Positions 30,576-42,400 of a DNA stretch of 64,000 nt are shown here, piece after piece. The DNA lies in the NCBI GenBank assembly GCA_965222225.1, contig CBDCTK010000002.1, positions 4,680,643 through 4,744,642 on the forward strand. Reading direction: 5' to 3'. Made by a program: the position numbers and the translations under genes. The notes beneath the pieces were generated by a model. The model had not been told where the DNA came from. It saw only the letters and a list, made by a program, of their open reading frames with translations, and did not search any database. Numbering within the stretch: the first letter of the stretch is position 1; the number at the start of each line of letters is the position of its first letter. This stretch comes from Candidatus Poribacteria bacterium. GTDB taxonomy: Bacteria > Poribacteria > WGA-4E > JAJDTR01.

Positions 30576-31274
30576 TTAGGAAATGAAGAGCCTCGAATAT
30601 AGACCTTCGTGCCGCATACTCTGAATATCAAGTCCGGGTGTAAAGCCGCCTAGATTACCTATGTCCGCGGTCTGTGCGAACCGAGAAATCTCTAGGAGAT
30701 TGGCGCGAAGGTGCTGGATGACCCGCTGTCCATCCGTTGGTTTGAGTGGAATCAACCGTACCGCAGCAGACACCTGGCTTACGACGAAAGCGTGAAGATA
30801 GCCAAGCAGTGTCGAGCGCAGGTCAATCTTCGCAGCGGACGCGACCAAGCCGTACGCGATGGCATGGTGCCCGGCGCATTTTCCCGATTGAATCCGTTTC
30901 ACATATTCGTCCAACATCTCACTCTCTGCAAGTGTTGCGGCGTTGCGGAGAAACTGTTTTCCAATTTTGACACTCGCCTCTCGCAATTCACGAGAAATCG
31001 TCATCGCCGTTAGGCGTTGGTCAAGGTCGACAATCTGCTCAATCTCAGTCGCGTTATACGTTAACGAAACCGCAAGAGCATCGCCAGTTTGCATTCCCTG
31101 AAAGAGGATAGAGCGGAGAAAGCACTCAAGCGTTTCGCGATCGTGGACGTGCCCATCTTGGACATAGGTTTCCAACCCGAAGGAGTGGGCAAACGCGCCT
31201 ATCGGGAAAAAACTGTCTGTGAACTGAAGGAGAGCCAACAGGGACTCGCTCGTTATCGACGTATCAGTGGACAT
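30576..31274 (-). CDS. ureF: Urease accessory protein UreF
   Basis: …LLALLQFTDSFFPIGAFAHSFGLETYVQ… UreF signature. The start is placed at ATG 31274 (MSTDTS…), overlapping the ureE stop. Confidence 0.75.
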   Translation of the reverse strand: MSTDTSITSESLLALLQFTDSFFPIGAFAHSFGLETYVQDGHVHDRETLECFLRSILFQGMQTGDALAVSLTYNATEIEQIVDLDQRLTAMTISRELREASVKIGKQFLRNAATLAESEMLDEYVKRIQSGKCAGHHAIAYGLVASAAKIDLRSTLLGYLHAFVVSQVSAAVRLIPLKPTDGQRVIQHLRANLLEISRFAQTADIGNLGGFTPGLDIQSMRHEGLYSRLFIS

Positions 31275-31713
31275 GGGCGTGGGGAGCGGATTGGCGGGCA
31301 ACGTGTGTGAAGACACGCTCCTCAATAGTGTAATGGAATCCTAACCGGAGGAATTGATTCTCAAGGACGGGTTCATAAGGAACGAGAATCGCGCCGTCAT
31401 CGAATCCGACGGGACGATGCAGGTTTCCCATCTGGTAGCAGACAAGACCGTAATTCTCGGTCGTTTCAGGACGAAGAACAAACACTTTTTCGGGCAGCCC
31501 TTCAACGACAATTTCAACTTCGGCATCCCGATACAAGATATCTCCGGGAGATAATACCGTCCCGGTGGGAAGTGCGAGACCTACCTCTCGTCCGGCTTCG
31601 GTTCTGAGTCGCTGGCGGCATTTTTGCCGGGCTTCCCAATCCAACCTTACGACATCGCGCTCTGGCGACGGGAATTTGACAACTTGTGTGACAATCTTTT
31701 GGACGAGGAGCAT
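31264..31713 (-). CDS. ureE: Urease accessory metallochaperone UreE
   Basis: UreE N/C domain pattern and a His-rich C-terminus (…QSAPHAHVH). Confidence 0.7.
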   Translation of the reverse strand: MLLVQKIVTQVVKFPSPERDVVRLDWEARQKCRQRLRTEAGREVGLALPTGTVLSPGDILYRDAEVEIVVEGLPEKVFVLRPETTENYGLVCYQMGNLHRPVGFDDGAILVPYEPVLENQFLRLGFHYTIEERVFTHVARQSAPHAHVH

Positions 31714-31725
31714 TGACCTTCTGGT

Positions 31726-32217
31726 TTATGATAATTCAAGGATTAGATTGTGAATTGAGAACCCGCGTTCTTCATCCACCGTTCGCTGCTCATAATCGAT
31801 CCATACTTGGGTTGGATACCCCAACTCGGAGTGATATTCTGCCGAGATAGTATGGGAATTTGCGTCGATTGCCGACTGTAGAAGATTGAACAGCCCATCC
31901 ATCGTATGGTAGCGTTCAATAGCGACGTCAAGAGGTATTGGAACATCGTCTTCGACAAAAGCGGCGCTGTGAATCCGATTTTCGCGCACCGTGATATTGA
32001 CTTGGGCGACAAAGTCAATACTGCAGAAGCAGAACCATTGGAAATTAAATTGATAGTTGGACGCCATTTCCGAGTCCCACTTCTTTCGATTGCTATCTAG
32101 CTGTGATTGGGTATCAACATGTCGGTCGTCGCCTAGTTTAAGAATATCACATCCACACAGCGGCGCGAGCATAAAGTATAACACGATTATGCGAAACAAC
32201 ACGTGCCTATTCTTCAT
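31726..32217 (-). CDS. Hypothetical lipoprotein
   Basis: Signal peptide with lipobox (…FMLAPLCGCDIL…), 163 aa, no recognisable catalytic motif. Confidence 0.4.
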   Translation of the reverse strand: MKNRHVLFRIIVLYFMLAPLCGCDILKLGDDRHVDTQSQLDSNRKKWDSEMASNYQFNFQWFCFCSIDFVAQVNITVRENRIHSAAFVEDDVPIPLDVAIERYHTMDGLFNLLQSAIDANSHTISAEYHSELGYPTQVWIDYEQRTVDEERGFSIHNLILELS

Positions 32218-33097
32218 TCCGGATTTCCTCCCTGCCTAGTCACGTTGGGGGGGGTAGACTTTACCCTTTCCCGCAAGCTGTACCAATTCCCTTCAGGGTC
32301 CAAGAAGATGGCGAACTTGCCCCAAGGCATTTCTTTAGGTTCTTGAGAAAATTCTACTCCTCGCCCAGCCATTGACTCGTGGGTTACTGTAATATCTTCG
32401 CATTCAAACCCGAGAGACGGCTTCCGTTCATCCCAATCTTCCATCATGCTTTTCGCGTAGATGACGATGCAGGAATCGGCGCCCGGCGGAGCCATTTCAA
32501 TCCATCGGGCTTCAGGACCCATAGGCAGATCTCTTCGGACTTCAATTCCCACCTGTTCTCCCAAAACTGGATGGCTGCCTCCTGATCTGTCACATAGACG
32601 GCAGTTGTAGCTATTTTTTCAATTGGTGTACCATAATCCAAGTACGACATGGGTGTTTCGTTCAAGCGAAACGAAACTTCAAATGGAGATAGACCGCCTT
32701 CTGTTAGATAGAACTTCGCCTGCAATATGAAATCGTTTATTGAGCCGGTTACCGATCGGTTAAGCGCCTTCGAAAAACGGACGATATCCACTGATGGAAC
32801 GATGAACTTCTCAAATATCGATTCATTTCCGGCCGAACGAATGACATCACTCATATAGTCTGTAACCCCCTCCAGGAACATACGATCGTCCCTCAGTCCT
32901 CGACCGAACATCACCATAGAATAGAGCGAGATTGTGTTGGTAATGGGCACGTATTGGGTACGGTCGGCGGTGAACAGATGTACGGACCAATCCGCAAATG
33001 GATTAAGATCAACCGGCAAAATCTGGTCAGGAGTCACGTGTATCTTCTTGCCCAGTTTGGTTGAAATTCGAAATATCACGCTCTCGTCCCTTCGCAA
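32214..33097 (-). CDS. Unknown N-terminal domain fused to a VOC/glyoxalase-bleomycin-resistance fold domain; split by an apparent frameshift
   Basis: ORF 32444..33097 ends with the first beta-alpha-beta-beta-beta module of a VOC fold (…IATTAVYVTDQEAAIQFWENRWELK…). ORF 32214..32564 in another frame carries the second module (…CIVIYAKSMMEDWDER…GFECEDITVTHESMAGRGVEF…GNWYSLRER). They overlap by ~120 nt. Confidence 0.4.
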
Positions 33098-33351
33098 TGT
33101 TCCGTCATTGGCATCGCTGATTGGCGTACATTTTCCAATGACGTTTCAGTGCCCTAATGTTGCGCAAACAATATCGCCAAGCACTCCGCCTTAATGAAGC
33201 CCTTGATTTCCAAATATGTATAATCTATGTATTTACAGGATTTCATTCTGTCTAGACCGCATATTATCCACTGTTAAACCCCTCGCGAAACGTAAATTCG
33301 GTCAAGCTAATGTTGCCGATACTGCACGGTTCTGTGTTCACCACTGTCCGA

Positions 33352-33930
33352 TTATGAGGCATCCTGAACCATGTTGGCAAGCTCTGCGGCGAGTGATGAC
33401 CACCACGACTCACCGGCTTGAATACGCAACAGATGTGTGTTGCCCGGTACGTCGTTTGCTCCCAACCCGCGCTCGATAATCTGCGTGTGTGAATCCAGCT
33501 CCAGCCACTTGGCAAGGCTACCTTCCAATCGTTCAGGCGAGCGAATGATGTAAAGACCCACAATCTCCGCCGCATCCAAGTCCAAGAGGAAATCAATATT
33601 CCAGAACAAGGTCTTGCCCTGTTTCGGGAGCAGATTCCCATGTCCCAAACTGCACTTGGCAAACTGTTCCAACATTATTCCTCGGATCCGGTGCGGCTGG
33701 CTGTCGCCACTGCGCGTTGCGTGCCGAATAAGCCGCCTAGCCAATGAAGTCGCGCCTTTCTCCGAGAGTGCGGAGCCGACGTAGGCATAGTCCCCGGCGG
33801 GCAGTGAAATTAGTTTCCCTTTCTTGAAGCGTCCGAATTGTAATGAGGTGTCTTCTTTGAGGTGAATCCGCAGGACATACGTTCCTGCCTGTGATTCATC
33901 GCCGATGAGAACGATAGGAGGGATTTTCAT
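33352..33930 (-). CDS. DUF123 (GIY-YIG-like, 'Uri superfamily') domain protein
   Basis: …GTYVLRIHLKEDTSLQFGRFKKGKLISLPAGDYAYVGSA… and …TLFWNIDFLL… match the DUF123 signature as I remember it (GxYxL… YVGSA… HWHIDYLL). Confidence 0.55.
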   Translation of the reverse strand: MKIPPIVLIGDESQAGTYVLRIHLKEDTSLQFGRFKKGKLISLPAGDYAYVGSALSEKGATSLARRLIRHATRSGDSQPHRIRGIMLEQFAKCSLGHGNLLPKQGKTLFWNIDFLLDLDAAEIVGLYIIRSPERLEGSLAKWLELDSHTQIIERGLGANDVPGNTHLLRIQAGESWWSSLAAELANMVQDAS

Positions 33931-33954
33931 TGAATCACCGAATCCGTGATAGAT

Positions 33955-34784
33955 TCATTTTCTTCTATGCACCTCAATCCAATCCACAGCAAAATCTACC
34001 ACCTCACGCTGTGGCATGAGTTGGCAATCTGCTAGACCAACCCTCCCTTGGTGAACCACGTTTCCTGCATCGGAATTCACAAAGGCGTCGCCGATGCGCT
34101 CAAAATCAGAAGCGTCCAAGTCTACATTGTCGAAGGTGGTCCAAGTCCTCACACCCGACGTGAAAATTGGCGCGCCTTCCTGCACGATGTGTTTGGTTGG
34201 ATAAGTCGCCCGATATTCTGCGAGGTGCAGAGACGAATTGCGTTCATGGCCGACGCCGAGGAGAAGCACATGGCCGCCCAAATCGTAGACTCTGGCAAGT
34301 GGTGATCCTTCGCCCATGCCAAATGTCAGGGAATGATTGTCCGTGATTTCCTTCGCGTTGGCTCCAAACGCACAGAACGAAACATGCGGGTGCGCGCTGC
34401 GGAGGACTCCGCTTTGCTTTCGGAAGGTTTCAGCAATAATCCCCATTGAGCGAGTCGGGGTCAAATCCGGACGGTAGGCTGGCATCGTCTCACGTATGAT
34501 GCGCCACCATGACTCGGAGACTGGCGGGCTCTCCCATCGTCCCGGATCGCTTAGGCCTGTTGAGTGGGCAGGCATCACAAGCGTTCCGGCGGAGCCCACA
34601 AAACGTGCTGAAGGGCAATGATGACGGCTACTGGTCCGCCACACACCCACCCCATGGCGCTCAGGGAGGAATGAACCAACAGCACCATCCCCGCTTCAAC
34701 GCCAAGGGCGCTGAAATCCGTCTGCAGCGAATCGGCCGTCGCGGGCACCTCTGTTTTCTGGATAGCCGCATGTTCAGTTGTCAC
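33955..34784 (-). CDS. Aminoglycoside N3-acetyltransferase (AAC(3)) family protein; split by an apparent frameshift
   Basis: N-terminal piece 34575..34784 (…LGVEAGMVLLVHSSLSAMGWVCGGPVAVIIAL…) and C-terminal piece 33955..34650 (…GTLVMPAHS…PPVSESWWRIIRETMPAYRPDLTPTRSMGIIAETF…SPLARVYDLGGHVLLLGVGHERNSSLHLAEYRA…) together cover the whole AAC(3) fold. The frame switches near 34610-34650. Confidence 0.6.
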
Positions 34785-35821
34785 GGCGTTCGGAACACAT
34801 AACTCACAATCATTACAGCGAGATAAGTGGCAATCAGCACAACTCCGAAAGGTCGTTTCAGTGTATCACCGGAGGTGAAGATACCGACCCGAAAGACGAC
34901 CAAGATAAACAACATTGCTGGGAAAAGGATGCGGAAGAAGTGACCTGAAGCTACCAGGCCTCCACTCGTCACAGCGGCTGATGCCCCGGCGACAAAGAGC
35001 ACATTGAGAATGTCGGCACCGATGACATTTCCGACTGCCAATTCACCGTGCCCACTTCTGGCGGCAGTAACCGCAGTAACGAGCTCGGGAAGTGAGGTCC
35101 CAAACGCCACAATCGTCGCCGCGATAATACTTGGGGGAACGTGAAGTTGTATGGCAGTTTCTTTCGCGGTGGGTATAAGAATCCATGAGGACGCCACGAC
35201 GACTGCAATGGCAAACACCAGCTTGGCGAGCACGAAAAACGCGTTGGAATTGCTTTCGGCTGATTCTACCTCCTCGGCGACCGAATCTTGATTCGCATTG
35301 CGAGCCCATCGAATCGACTGCCACAGGTAGGCGACTAGGAGTATCAAAAACGCGAAACCCATGAATTGCGGGAGATGCCTTCCGTCTGTGCCGACAAAAA
35401 GGCAGGAAACAACCAGAAGAACACCTGCACTGAGTTGCAGCCAACCTTGACGGTTCACAATCGTTCGGTTAAGCGTCAGGGGAGCGATTAAGGCGGCGGT
35501 ACCAAGTATCAGTCCCGTGTCGCAGATGATTGAACCAACCGCGTTTCCCAAGGCGAGATCTGGCGTACCCTTGATTGCCGCAAGAACCGAGACAGAGGCT
35601 TCGGGAGTTGTTGTTCCCAAACTGACGATAGTCGCACCAATCAGTACTTTGGGAATTCCCCAGCGCACGGACAAGATTACGGCTTCCTCAACGAGCCAGT
35701 CCGCCCCTTTGCTTAGAGTGTAGAGGGTAACGGCGATGACAATGAAGAGAGCGTACAAAGGCAGGTTTTCTATGATGCGGTGAATCATCTCTTCCATCAC
35801 GCACCTCCATTCACATGACAA
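34781..35821 (-). CDS. Ca2+/cation antiporter (CaCA family, YrbG-like Na+/Ca2+ exchanger)
   Basis: Two internally repeated membrane halves each with an alpha-repeat (…GATIVSLGTTTPEASVSVLAA… and …GTSLPELVTAVTAARSGHGELAVGNVIGADILNV…). The true start may be an internal Met (MEEMIHRII…). Confidence 0.75.
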   Translation of the reverse strand: MSCEWRCVMEEMIHRIIENLPLYALFIVIAVTLYTLSKGADWLVEEAVILSVRWGIPKVLIGATIVSLGTTTPEASVSVLAAIKGTPDLALGNAVGSIICDTGLILGTAALIAPLTLNRTIVNRQGWLQLSAGVLLVVSCLFVGTDGRHLPQFMGFAFLILLVAYLWQSIRWARNANQDSVAEEVESAESNSNAFFVLAKLVFAIAVVVASSWILIPTAKETAIQLHVPPSIIAATIVAFGTSLPELVTAVTAARSGHGELAVGNVIGADILNVLFVAGASAAVTSGGLVASGHFFRILFPAMLFILVVFRVGIFTSGDTLKRPFGVVLIATYLAVMIVSYVFRTP

Positions 35822-37299
35822 ATCGCACGGTCTAGTCTATGCAACACCTTGTCTCTGCCTAGTAAGGCGATAATTTCAAATAGACCTGGCCCATAAGAAA
35901 CCCCGGTAAGAGCGATTCGCAAAGGCTGCATGGCTTGGACACGCTTGACGCCGTTATTGTCTGTATATTTCCAGATTGCGGATTCAACCTCTTCAAGGTT
36001 GAGCGTCTTGAGGGACTCCATCACATCGCGCAAGCCTTGCAGTATGCCAAGCACCGAATCCTTCTTCCACCATTTCTTAACCGCCTTCGGGTCATACTCA
36101 AAGCTGTCGACAAAGAAATAACTCGTCTGCGCAACGATGTCTGCTAATGTCGTGAGCCGATCCCCTACCGATTCAACAATGTTCTCTAGCCAAGCCCTGC
36201 GGGTTGGCGTAAGGTCAGTCTTCAATAATAATCCCTCCTGTTGTAAGAAAGGAATCACGGCATCGGTCCGTGTCGCTATATCCATGTCCATAATGTAGTG
36301 TCCATTTAACCATTGTAATTTCTGGATGTCGAAGACACTGTTGGTCTTTCCAACCCGTCCCAAGTCAAACTTCTCTATTAGCCCATCAATTGAGAAGATT
36401 TCCGTCTTATCATCATAAGACCAGCCTAGCCGCACCAAAAAATTGATTACTGCCTCCGGAAGATATCCATCCTGCCGGTACTTTCCCACAGAGACAAGAT
36501 CTCCGTGACGCCGCTTGCTGAGTTTTTCACCCTTTGCGCTATTGAGCACAAGCGGGACATGCGCGAATTGAGGCGGCTTCATACCCAGCGCCCGAAAGAT
36601 TAAAACCTGCTTCGGCATATTGTTGACGTGATCCGCGCCTCGGATAACATGCGTAATCCCCATTTCCAGATCATCAACCGTCGATGTCAGATTGTATAGC
36701 GGTGATCCGTTCGATTTCACAATCACTTCATCTTGGAGTGCGTCCGCTTCAACTCTAATATCGCCAAGAATCAAGTCTTCCACCGTAATCGGCTCAGGGG
36801 GAACTTTGAGTCGTACAACCGGTCTGCGTCCCTCTGCTTCCAATCTCTGACAATCTGCGGGCGTCAAGTTGCGGCATTTGCCCGTATAGGTCTGATCTCG
36901 CTTTTCAGCCCTTGCCTGTTCGCGCATCTCCGCCAATTCTTCCGGCGAACAGTAACAACGATAGGCGTTGCCGTTATCCAGCAGTTGTCTCACATATTCC
37001 TGGTAAATCACATTTCGCTCAGATTGAACGTAAGGCGCATGCGATCCTCCGACAGTTGCACCTTCATCCCACTCAAGGCCAAGCCACTTTAGCGATTCGT
37101 AGATTTCTTGCATCGATTCTTTGGTCGATCGCTGTTCGTCCGTATCATCGATTCTAAGGACGAACGTGCCTCCATGATGCCTTGCAAAAAGCCAGTTGAA
37201 TAGCGCTGTTCTCGCCGAGCCAATGTGGAGAAATCCTGTTGGCGAGGGTGCGAATCGCACCCGGACTGGTGAATCTTCCATCATAGTAATCGAAATCAA
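35797..37299 (-). CDS. gltX: Glutamate--tRNA ligase
   Basis: HIGH-region variant FAPSPTGFLHIGSARTALFNWLFAR, KMSKS-equivalent (KLSKR), and an anticodon-binding C-terminal domain; 500 aa. Confidence 0.9.
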   Translation of the reverse strand: MISITMMEDSPVRVRFAPSPTGFLHIGSARTALFNWLFARHHGGTFVLRIDDTDEQRSTKESMQEIYESLKWLGLEWDEGATVGGSHAPYVQSERNVIYQEYVRQLLDNGNAYRCYCSPEELAEMREQARAEKRDQTYTGKCRNLTPADCQRLEAEGRRPVVRLKVPPEPITVEDLILGDIRVEADALQDEVIVKSNGSPLYNLTSTVDDLEMGITHVIRGADHVNNMPKQVLIFRALGMKPPQFAHVPLVLNSAKGEKLSKRRHGDLVSVGKYRQDGYLPEAVINFLVRLGWSYDDKTEIFSIDGLIEKFDLGRVGKTNSVFDIQKLQWLNGHYIMDMDIATRTDAVIPFLQQEGLLLKTDLTPTRRAWLENIVESVGDRLTTLADIVAQTSYFFVDSFEYDPKAVKKWWKKDSVLGILQGLRDVMESLKTLNLEEVESAIWKYTDNNGVKRVQAMQPLRIALTGVSYGPGLFEIIALLGRDKVLHRLDRAICHVNGGA

Positions 37300-37347
37300 C
37301 TCCCTTTGTATTGTATGTACGTATCCTAAACCACCAGAATTTTAATT

Positions 37348-39102
37348 TTATGAAGTGTGCTTCTGTGTTTTCTGAATCTTCGCCCACGTATCTCGAAGTG
37401 TTACCGTCCGATTGAACACCGGCTTGTTGTCAGAAGAGTCGAGATCTACACAGAAATAACCCCTCCGAAGGAATTGGTAGTAGCTGCCAAGTTTTGCGTC
37501 AGCAAGGCTTGGCTCAACTCTAGCTGAATCCAGTATCTGCAACGAATTGAGGTTGAGATAATCAGTAAAATCGCGTCCCTCCTCAACGTCGTTAGGATTT
37601 TCCTTGCTGAATAGGTGTTCATACAGGCGCACTTCAGCCTCAATAGCGTGGGGAGCAGAGACCCAATGTAACGTGCCGCGGACTTTACGGCCGTCTTCAG
37701 ACCAACCCCCGTGAGTCGTCGGATCGTAGGTGCAGTGGACTTCGACGATCTCACCGGTATTTTCATCCTTAACGACACGCTCGCATTTGACGTAATAGGC
37801 GTGTTTGAGACGCACCTCACGTCCCGGCGCCAGACGAAAATACTTCTTTGGCGGATCTTCCATAAAGTCCTCGCGTTCAATATAGAGTTCCCGCGAGAAA
37901 GGGATTTTACGCGATCCCATCGTCGCATCTTCCGGATTGTTTTCAGCCTCTAGAAATTCGACCTCTCCTTCCGGGTAGTTGTCAATAACGACTTTAAGCG
38001 GATCTAACACTGCCATGACACGCAGTGCACGCTTGTTGAGATCTTGACGGAGGCAATATTCGAGTAATGAAATTTCGACTAGATTATCGGCTTTTGCAAT
38101 TCCAATCCGTCTGCAAAAGTCTCGGATAGCCTCCGCGGTGTAGCCACCTCGGCGTAAGCCCGCTAACGTAGGCATCCGGGGATCATCCCACCCGTTAACA
38201 TACCCATCTTCCACTAATTGAATCAGTTTTCGTTTACCGAGTACGGTATGGGTAAGATATAATTTCGCAAACTCAATCTGTTGCGGGTGATAGATATCCA
38301 ACTGATTGAGGAACCAGTCGTATAGAGGACGATTGATTTCAAATTCAAGAGAGCACAAAGAATGCGTAATACCCTCAATAGAGTCTGAAATACAGTGCGT
38401 AAAGTCGTACATGGGGTAAATGCACCACTCATCGCCTGTATTGTGATGCGTCGCGTAAAGAATTCGATACATCACGGGATCACGCATGACCAAATTGGGG
38501 GATGCCATGTTAATTTTTGCTCTGAGAGTGCGAGTCCCCTCTTCAAATTCTCCTTTTCTCATGCGCTCAAACAGGTCAAGGTTTTCTTCTACGGAGCGGT
38601 TACGAAACGGACTATCCACTCCCGGCTCGGTCAATGTCCCCCGATATTTGCCGTAGCTAATCTCTACTGCCGTTAGGTCACAAACATAAGCTACGCCCTT
38701 TTTGATTAACTGCACGGCATACTGGTAGAGTTGCTTGAAGTAATCTGACGCATAGAACTCGCGATCTGCCCAATCGAAGCCAAGCCACCGAATGTCCTCT
38801 TTGATCGACTCCACGTACTCAACATCTTCCTTGGTGGGATTCGTGTCATCGAATCGTAGGTTGTAGAGTCCACTGTAGTCTTCTGCGATTCCGAAGTTGA
38901 TGCAAATGGCTTTTGCGCTTCCAAGGTGTATATAGCCGTTCGGCTCGGGCGGGAACCGCGTATGCACTTGACCGCCGTGTTTATCCGTCTTTAGATCTTC
39001 CTTAATTATTTGTCGGATAAAGTCAGTGGGCGCCGCAGAAGAACCAACAGAGTTGTCTTTGTTGTCAACCCCGCCTTCTTTTGCGGTCGTTTCATGTGTC
39101 AT
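37348..39102 (-). CDS. glnS: Glutamine--tRNA ligase
   Basis: …[44 protein letters not shown]… GlnRS signature; 584 aa. Tandem with gltX. Confidence 0.9.
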   Translation of the reverse strand: MTHETTAKEGGVDNKDNSVGSSAAPTDFIRQIIKEDLKTDKHGGQVHTRFPPEPNGYIHLGSAKAICINFGIAEDYSGLYNLRFDDTNPTKEDVEYVESIKEDIRWLGFDWADREFYASDYFKQLYQYAVQLIKKGVAYVCDLTAVEISYGKYRGTLTEPGVDSPFRNRSVEENLDLFERMRKGEFEEGTRTLRAKINMASPNLVMRDPVMYRILYATHHNTGDEWCIYPMYDFTHCISDSIEGITHSLCSLEFEINRPLYDWFLNQLDIYHPQQIEFAKLYLTHTVLGKRKLIQLVEDGYVNGWDDPRMPTLAGLRRGGYTAEAIRDFCRRIGIAKADNLVEISLLEYCLRQDLNKRALRVMAVLDPLKVVIDNYPEGEVEFLEAENNPEDATMGSRKIPFSRELYIEREDFMEDPPKKYFRLAPGREVRLKHAYYVKCERVVKDENTGEIVEVHCTYDPTTHGGWSEDGRKVRGTLHWVSAPHAIEAEVRLYEHLFSKENPNDVEEGRDFTDYLNLNSLQILDSARVEPSLADAKLGSYYQFLRRGYFCVDLDSSDNKPVFNRTVTLRDTWAKIQKTQKHTS

Positions 39103-39466
39103 TGATTCTCTCCTCTAGATGGCGAAAAGCGTTCCGTTCAAGCCTTTCAATTGACCAAGCCGCTGTCAAGAGATTGATTGGGATTCATACAGCCCGGTCT
39201 GTTTTTTATACGTTTGTTGGTGACACTAGGTGATATAACATTATACCACAGGCATTGCGGGAAGTCACGCAAGACCTTTGGGGAATCCCAAGTAGAGCTA
39301 TCGGGAGGATACGAATCGTACCTGTACAGAGATTCATTTGCACCAAACACAGCGCTTGATAGATTGGGGCGGGTGTGTTATAATCCGCGGCGATTACCTC
39401 GCCTAGTCTAATCACATGATGTCATCGCGCGTCTAACAGAAACCTTTTTGCGGAGAAACATTCCTT

Positions 39467-42400
39467 ATGTCACGAAAATTAATTATTGTATTTTTCATCA
39501 TCATAGGCACAATCTGCAGTTTTGAGAGTATTGCCCAGTTTTTTCCGGACGCGGCAGTCCAAACCTCGCTTCACAAACTAGACTCCGTATTAAAACCGCT
39601 TGTCATGAGACACCCAAGCACTCCTCAGAAAGGGTATGCCTCCCCGTTCATACATTACTCTGAATGGTATGGTACGGATGTAATCAAAGTGATGCTATTA
39701 ATGTCGGACTCGCCGCACACACTTCGCACTCTCGGTGTGGAGTTGCAATCGGTTATTCGATTGAACTATCATTCGCACGGTTTCTTGGTCACAGCGGATC
39801 TCCCTGTTGATTTACTACCCGAAGTTGCAAATATGCGGAATGTAACCTATATTCACGCTGCCCGGCAGGCTAAATTGGCTGCTCCTACCTTAGATATAAG
39901 TGCTCTCGCTACCGGCGCGAATCAGGTATGGGAAAGCAATCCCACCTATACCGGGAAGAATGTCGTCGTCGGCATCATTGATACGGGCATTGATTGGTCC
40001 CACGAAGATTTTAAGAATCCGGACGGTAGTTCGAGAATCTTGTGGATCTGGGATCAGACCCAGACAGCAACAGGTCAAGTCCCTCAAGATTTTGGATATG
40101 GGACAGAATGGACGCAAATGCAGATTAACGAGGGAACACCGAATCAGAACGACTATGATGGACACGGCACTCACATCGCTTCGATTGCCGCCGGTAACGG
40201 CAGAGGTACGGGCGTGCAACGCTCCGCTCCGAGATTTGTGGGGATGGCGCCCGAGGCAGACATCATCGTGGTGAAATCCTACCTATTCGAGAATGAGGTG
40301 TTGGATGCAGCGCGCTATATCTTTGAAAAAGCGGATTCGCTTGGAAAACCGGCGGTGGTAAACATGAGTTTCGCATACCAGATAGGACCGCACGATGGGC
40401 GGACGCTTTTGGAACAGGGGTTGAATCAACTTGTTGAAGAAACGTCCGGCAGGGCAATTGTTGCGAGCGCGGGGAACAGAGGGGAGAGTACAATCCATGC
40501 CGGAGCAGTTCTATTGCCTCCGGATGGAGAAAACTATCCAAAGCTAATTCCGGTGCCAGATTTTAATGACTCTAGCACGTATGTGAACATCTGGTATTCA
40601 TCCAAGGATTCCATTTCCGTGCGGGTGAAAGTCCCGGGAACCAATCGGGGAGAAACAGTCGATTTTGAGTGGGTGCCGCCCGGACAGGTGGATACTTTTG
40701 ATATCCCGAAAGGCCCGTGGGAAGGCGCGACGTTGATTGTCGATTCTCAACAGCAACATCCCCTCTATCCGGATCTCTCCTTCATCGTCATTTGGCTTTG
40801 GAATGGCGGTGACATAAGCCTGCCACTCGATCGGTACGAAATGACGATCGAGCTTGATGGACCAGAAGTCGCATTCGACGCTTACTATTTTTCCGGCCAA
40901 ATCGACGGCGGGTTCAGAACAGACAGTCCTGACACATGGCTAATCCCGGGCGATGCCAATAAAACCATCGCCATGCCGTCCACGGCAAGAGGTGTCATCA
41001 GTGTCACCTCCTTTGTCACACGAAACGACTGGGTGGACAGATTTGGCTTCAGTAGGGTGGTTGATGCAACTGTGGGCGAAATTTCTAGCATATCCAGTAT
41101 CGGACCAAGTCGTGATGAGGAAAAAAAGCCCAATCTCGCTGCACCGGGAGAGATGATTGTTGGAGCTCTCGCCGGACGGAGTTGGGGATATCCGCCATTG
41201 GTTATTGAAGATCAAAGTCATATCGCGCTCCGCGGATCAAGCGTTGCTGCTGCACATGTCACAGGTGCGGTGGCACTCATGCTGCAGCAAGAACCGGGGA
41301 GAACGGTGGGAGAGTTACAACGGCTTCTGATTGAACGTGCTGTCGATCGCGGCGATCCGGGCTGGGACAGACATTGGGGGGCGGGGCAACTGAATATCCT
41401 GGCATCATTGGACGTTCCTGCAGTCCCACAGGGCTTTACCGCTGTTGCTGAAGATGGATCGGTGCGTTTAAGTTGGATGGCAAATTTTGAATCCAACATC
41501 GCCGGGTATAGGCTTTACATCTCTGACCAGATACTTGACCTTGGTAATGTCGAGACCTTTAGGTTAACAGACCTCCAGAACGGTGTACCAATCGTAGTTT
41601 CGTTAAGCGTATTTAACACTGCTGGGAATGAGAGCGCCAAGACCAGGGCTCTGATTGTTATCCCAACAGCGAATCCGTCCGGAGAAGACACCACTTCTCC
41701 AACTCCCCCCACGGGTTTGATTGCGACACCTGCGGATGGAGTGGTTGGACTAAGCTGGACAGCGAACCCGGAGCCGGACGTTGCCGGTTATATAGTTTTG
41801 TTTGGTGGTACTCCCGGAGAGTATTTTGCGCTCTTTGAGGCGCAAGATCAAACCTTTATTCAAGTAACGGGAGCAGACAATGATGTGCCCCTCTATGCTG
41901 CCGTTGCTGCTTTTGATTCGGCCGGAAATTTGAGCGAACCCTCTGAAGAAGTAGAAGTCACTCCCACGGCGCAAGATTTCACATTTATTCCCGACCAAGA
42001 AGGATGGCCGCTTCAAACAGAGAGCGAGGTGTTTTCCTCACCGGTGCTCGTCGACCTTGATGGAGACGGCACGCTTGAGATTATTGTAGGTTCTAAGGAT
42101 GGCTTGCTCCAAGTTTGGAATCATGACGGCTCACCAGTTGCCGGTTGGCCGCAAGATACCGATGGCGAACTGATAGCCACTCCATCGGTGGGCGACCTAG
42201 ACGCAGATGGCAGTCTCGAAATTGTGCTACCGGTCGAGCAACGAGTTTATATCTTTCGCGCCGATGGCACACCTTTCAACGCGGAATGGCCAAAACGCTT
42301 CAGGAGTCGCATTGTCGCCGCGGCTACCCTCACTGATCTCGACAAAGATTTTGACAAAGAAATAATTATTGTTACCAAAACGGATGGCGTGCATGTACTT

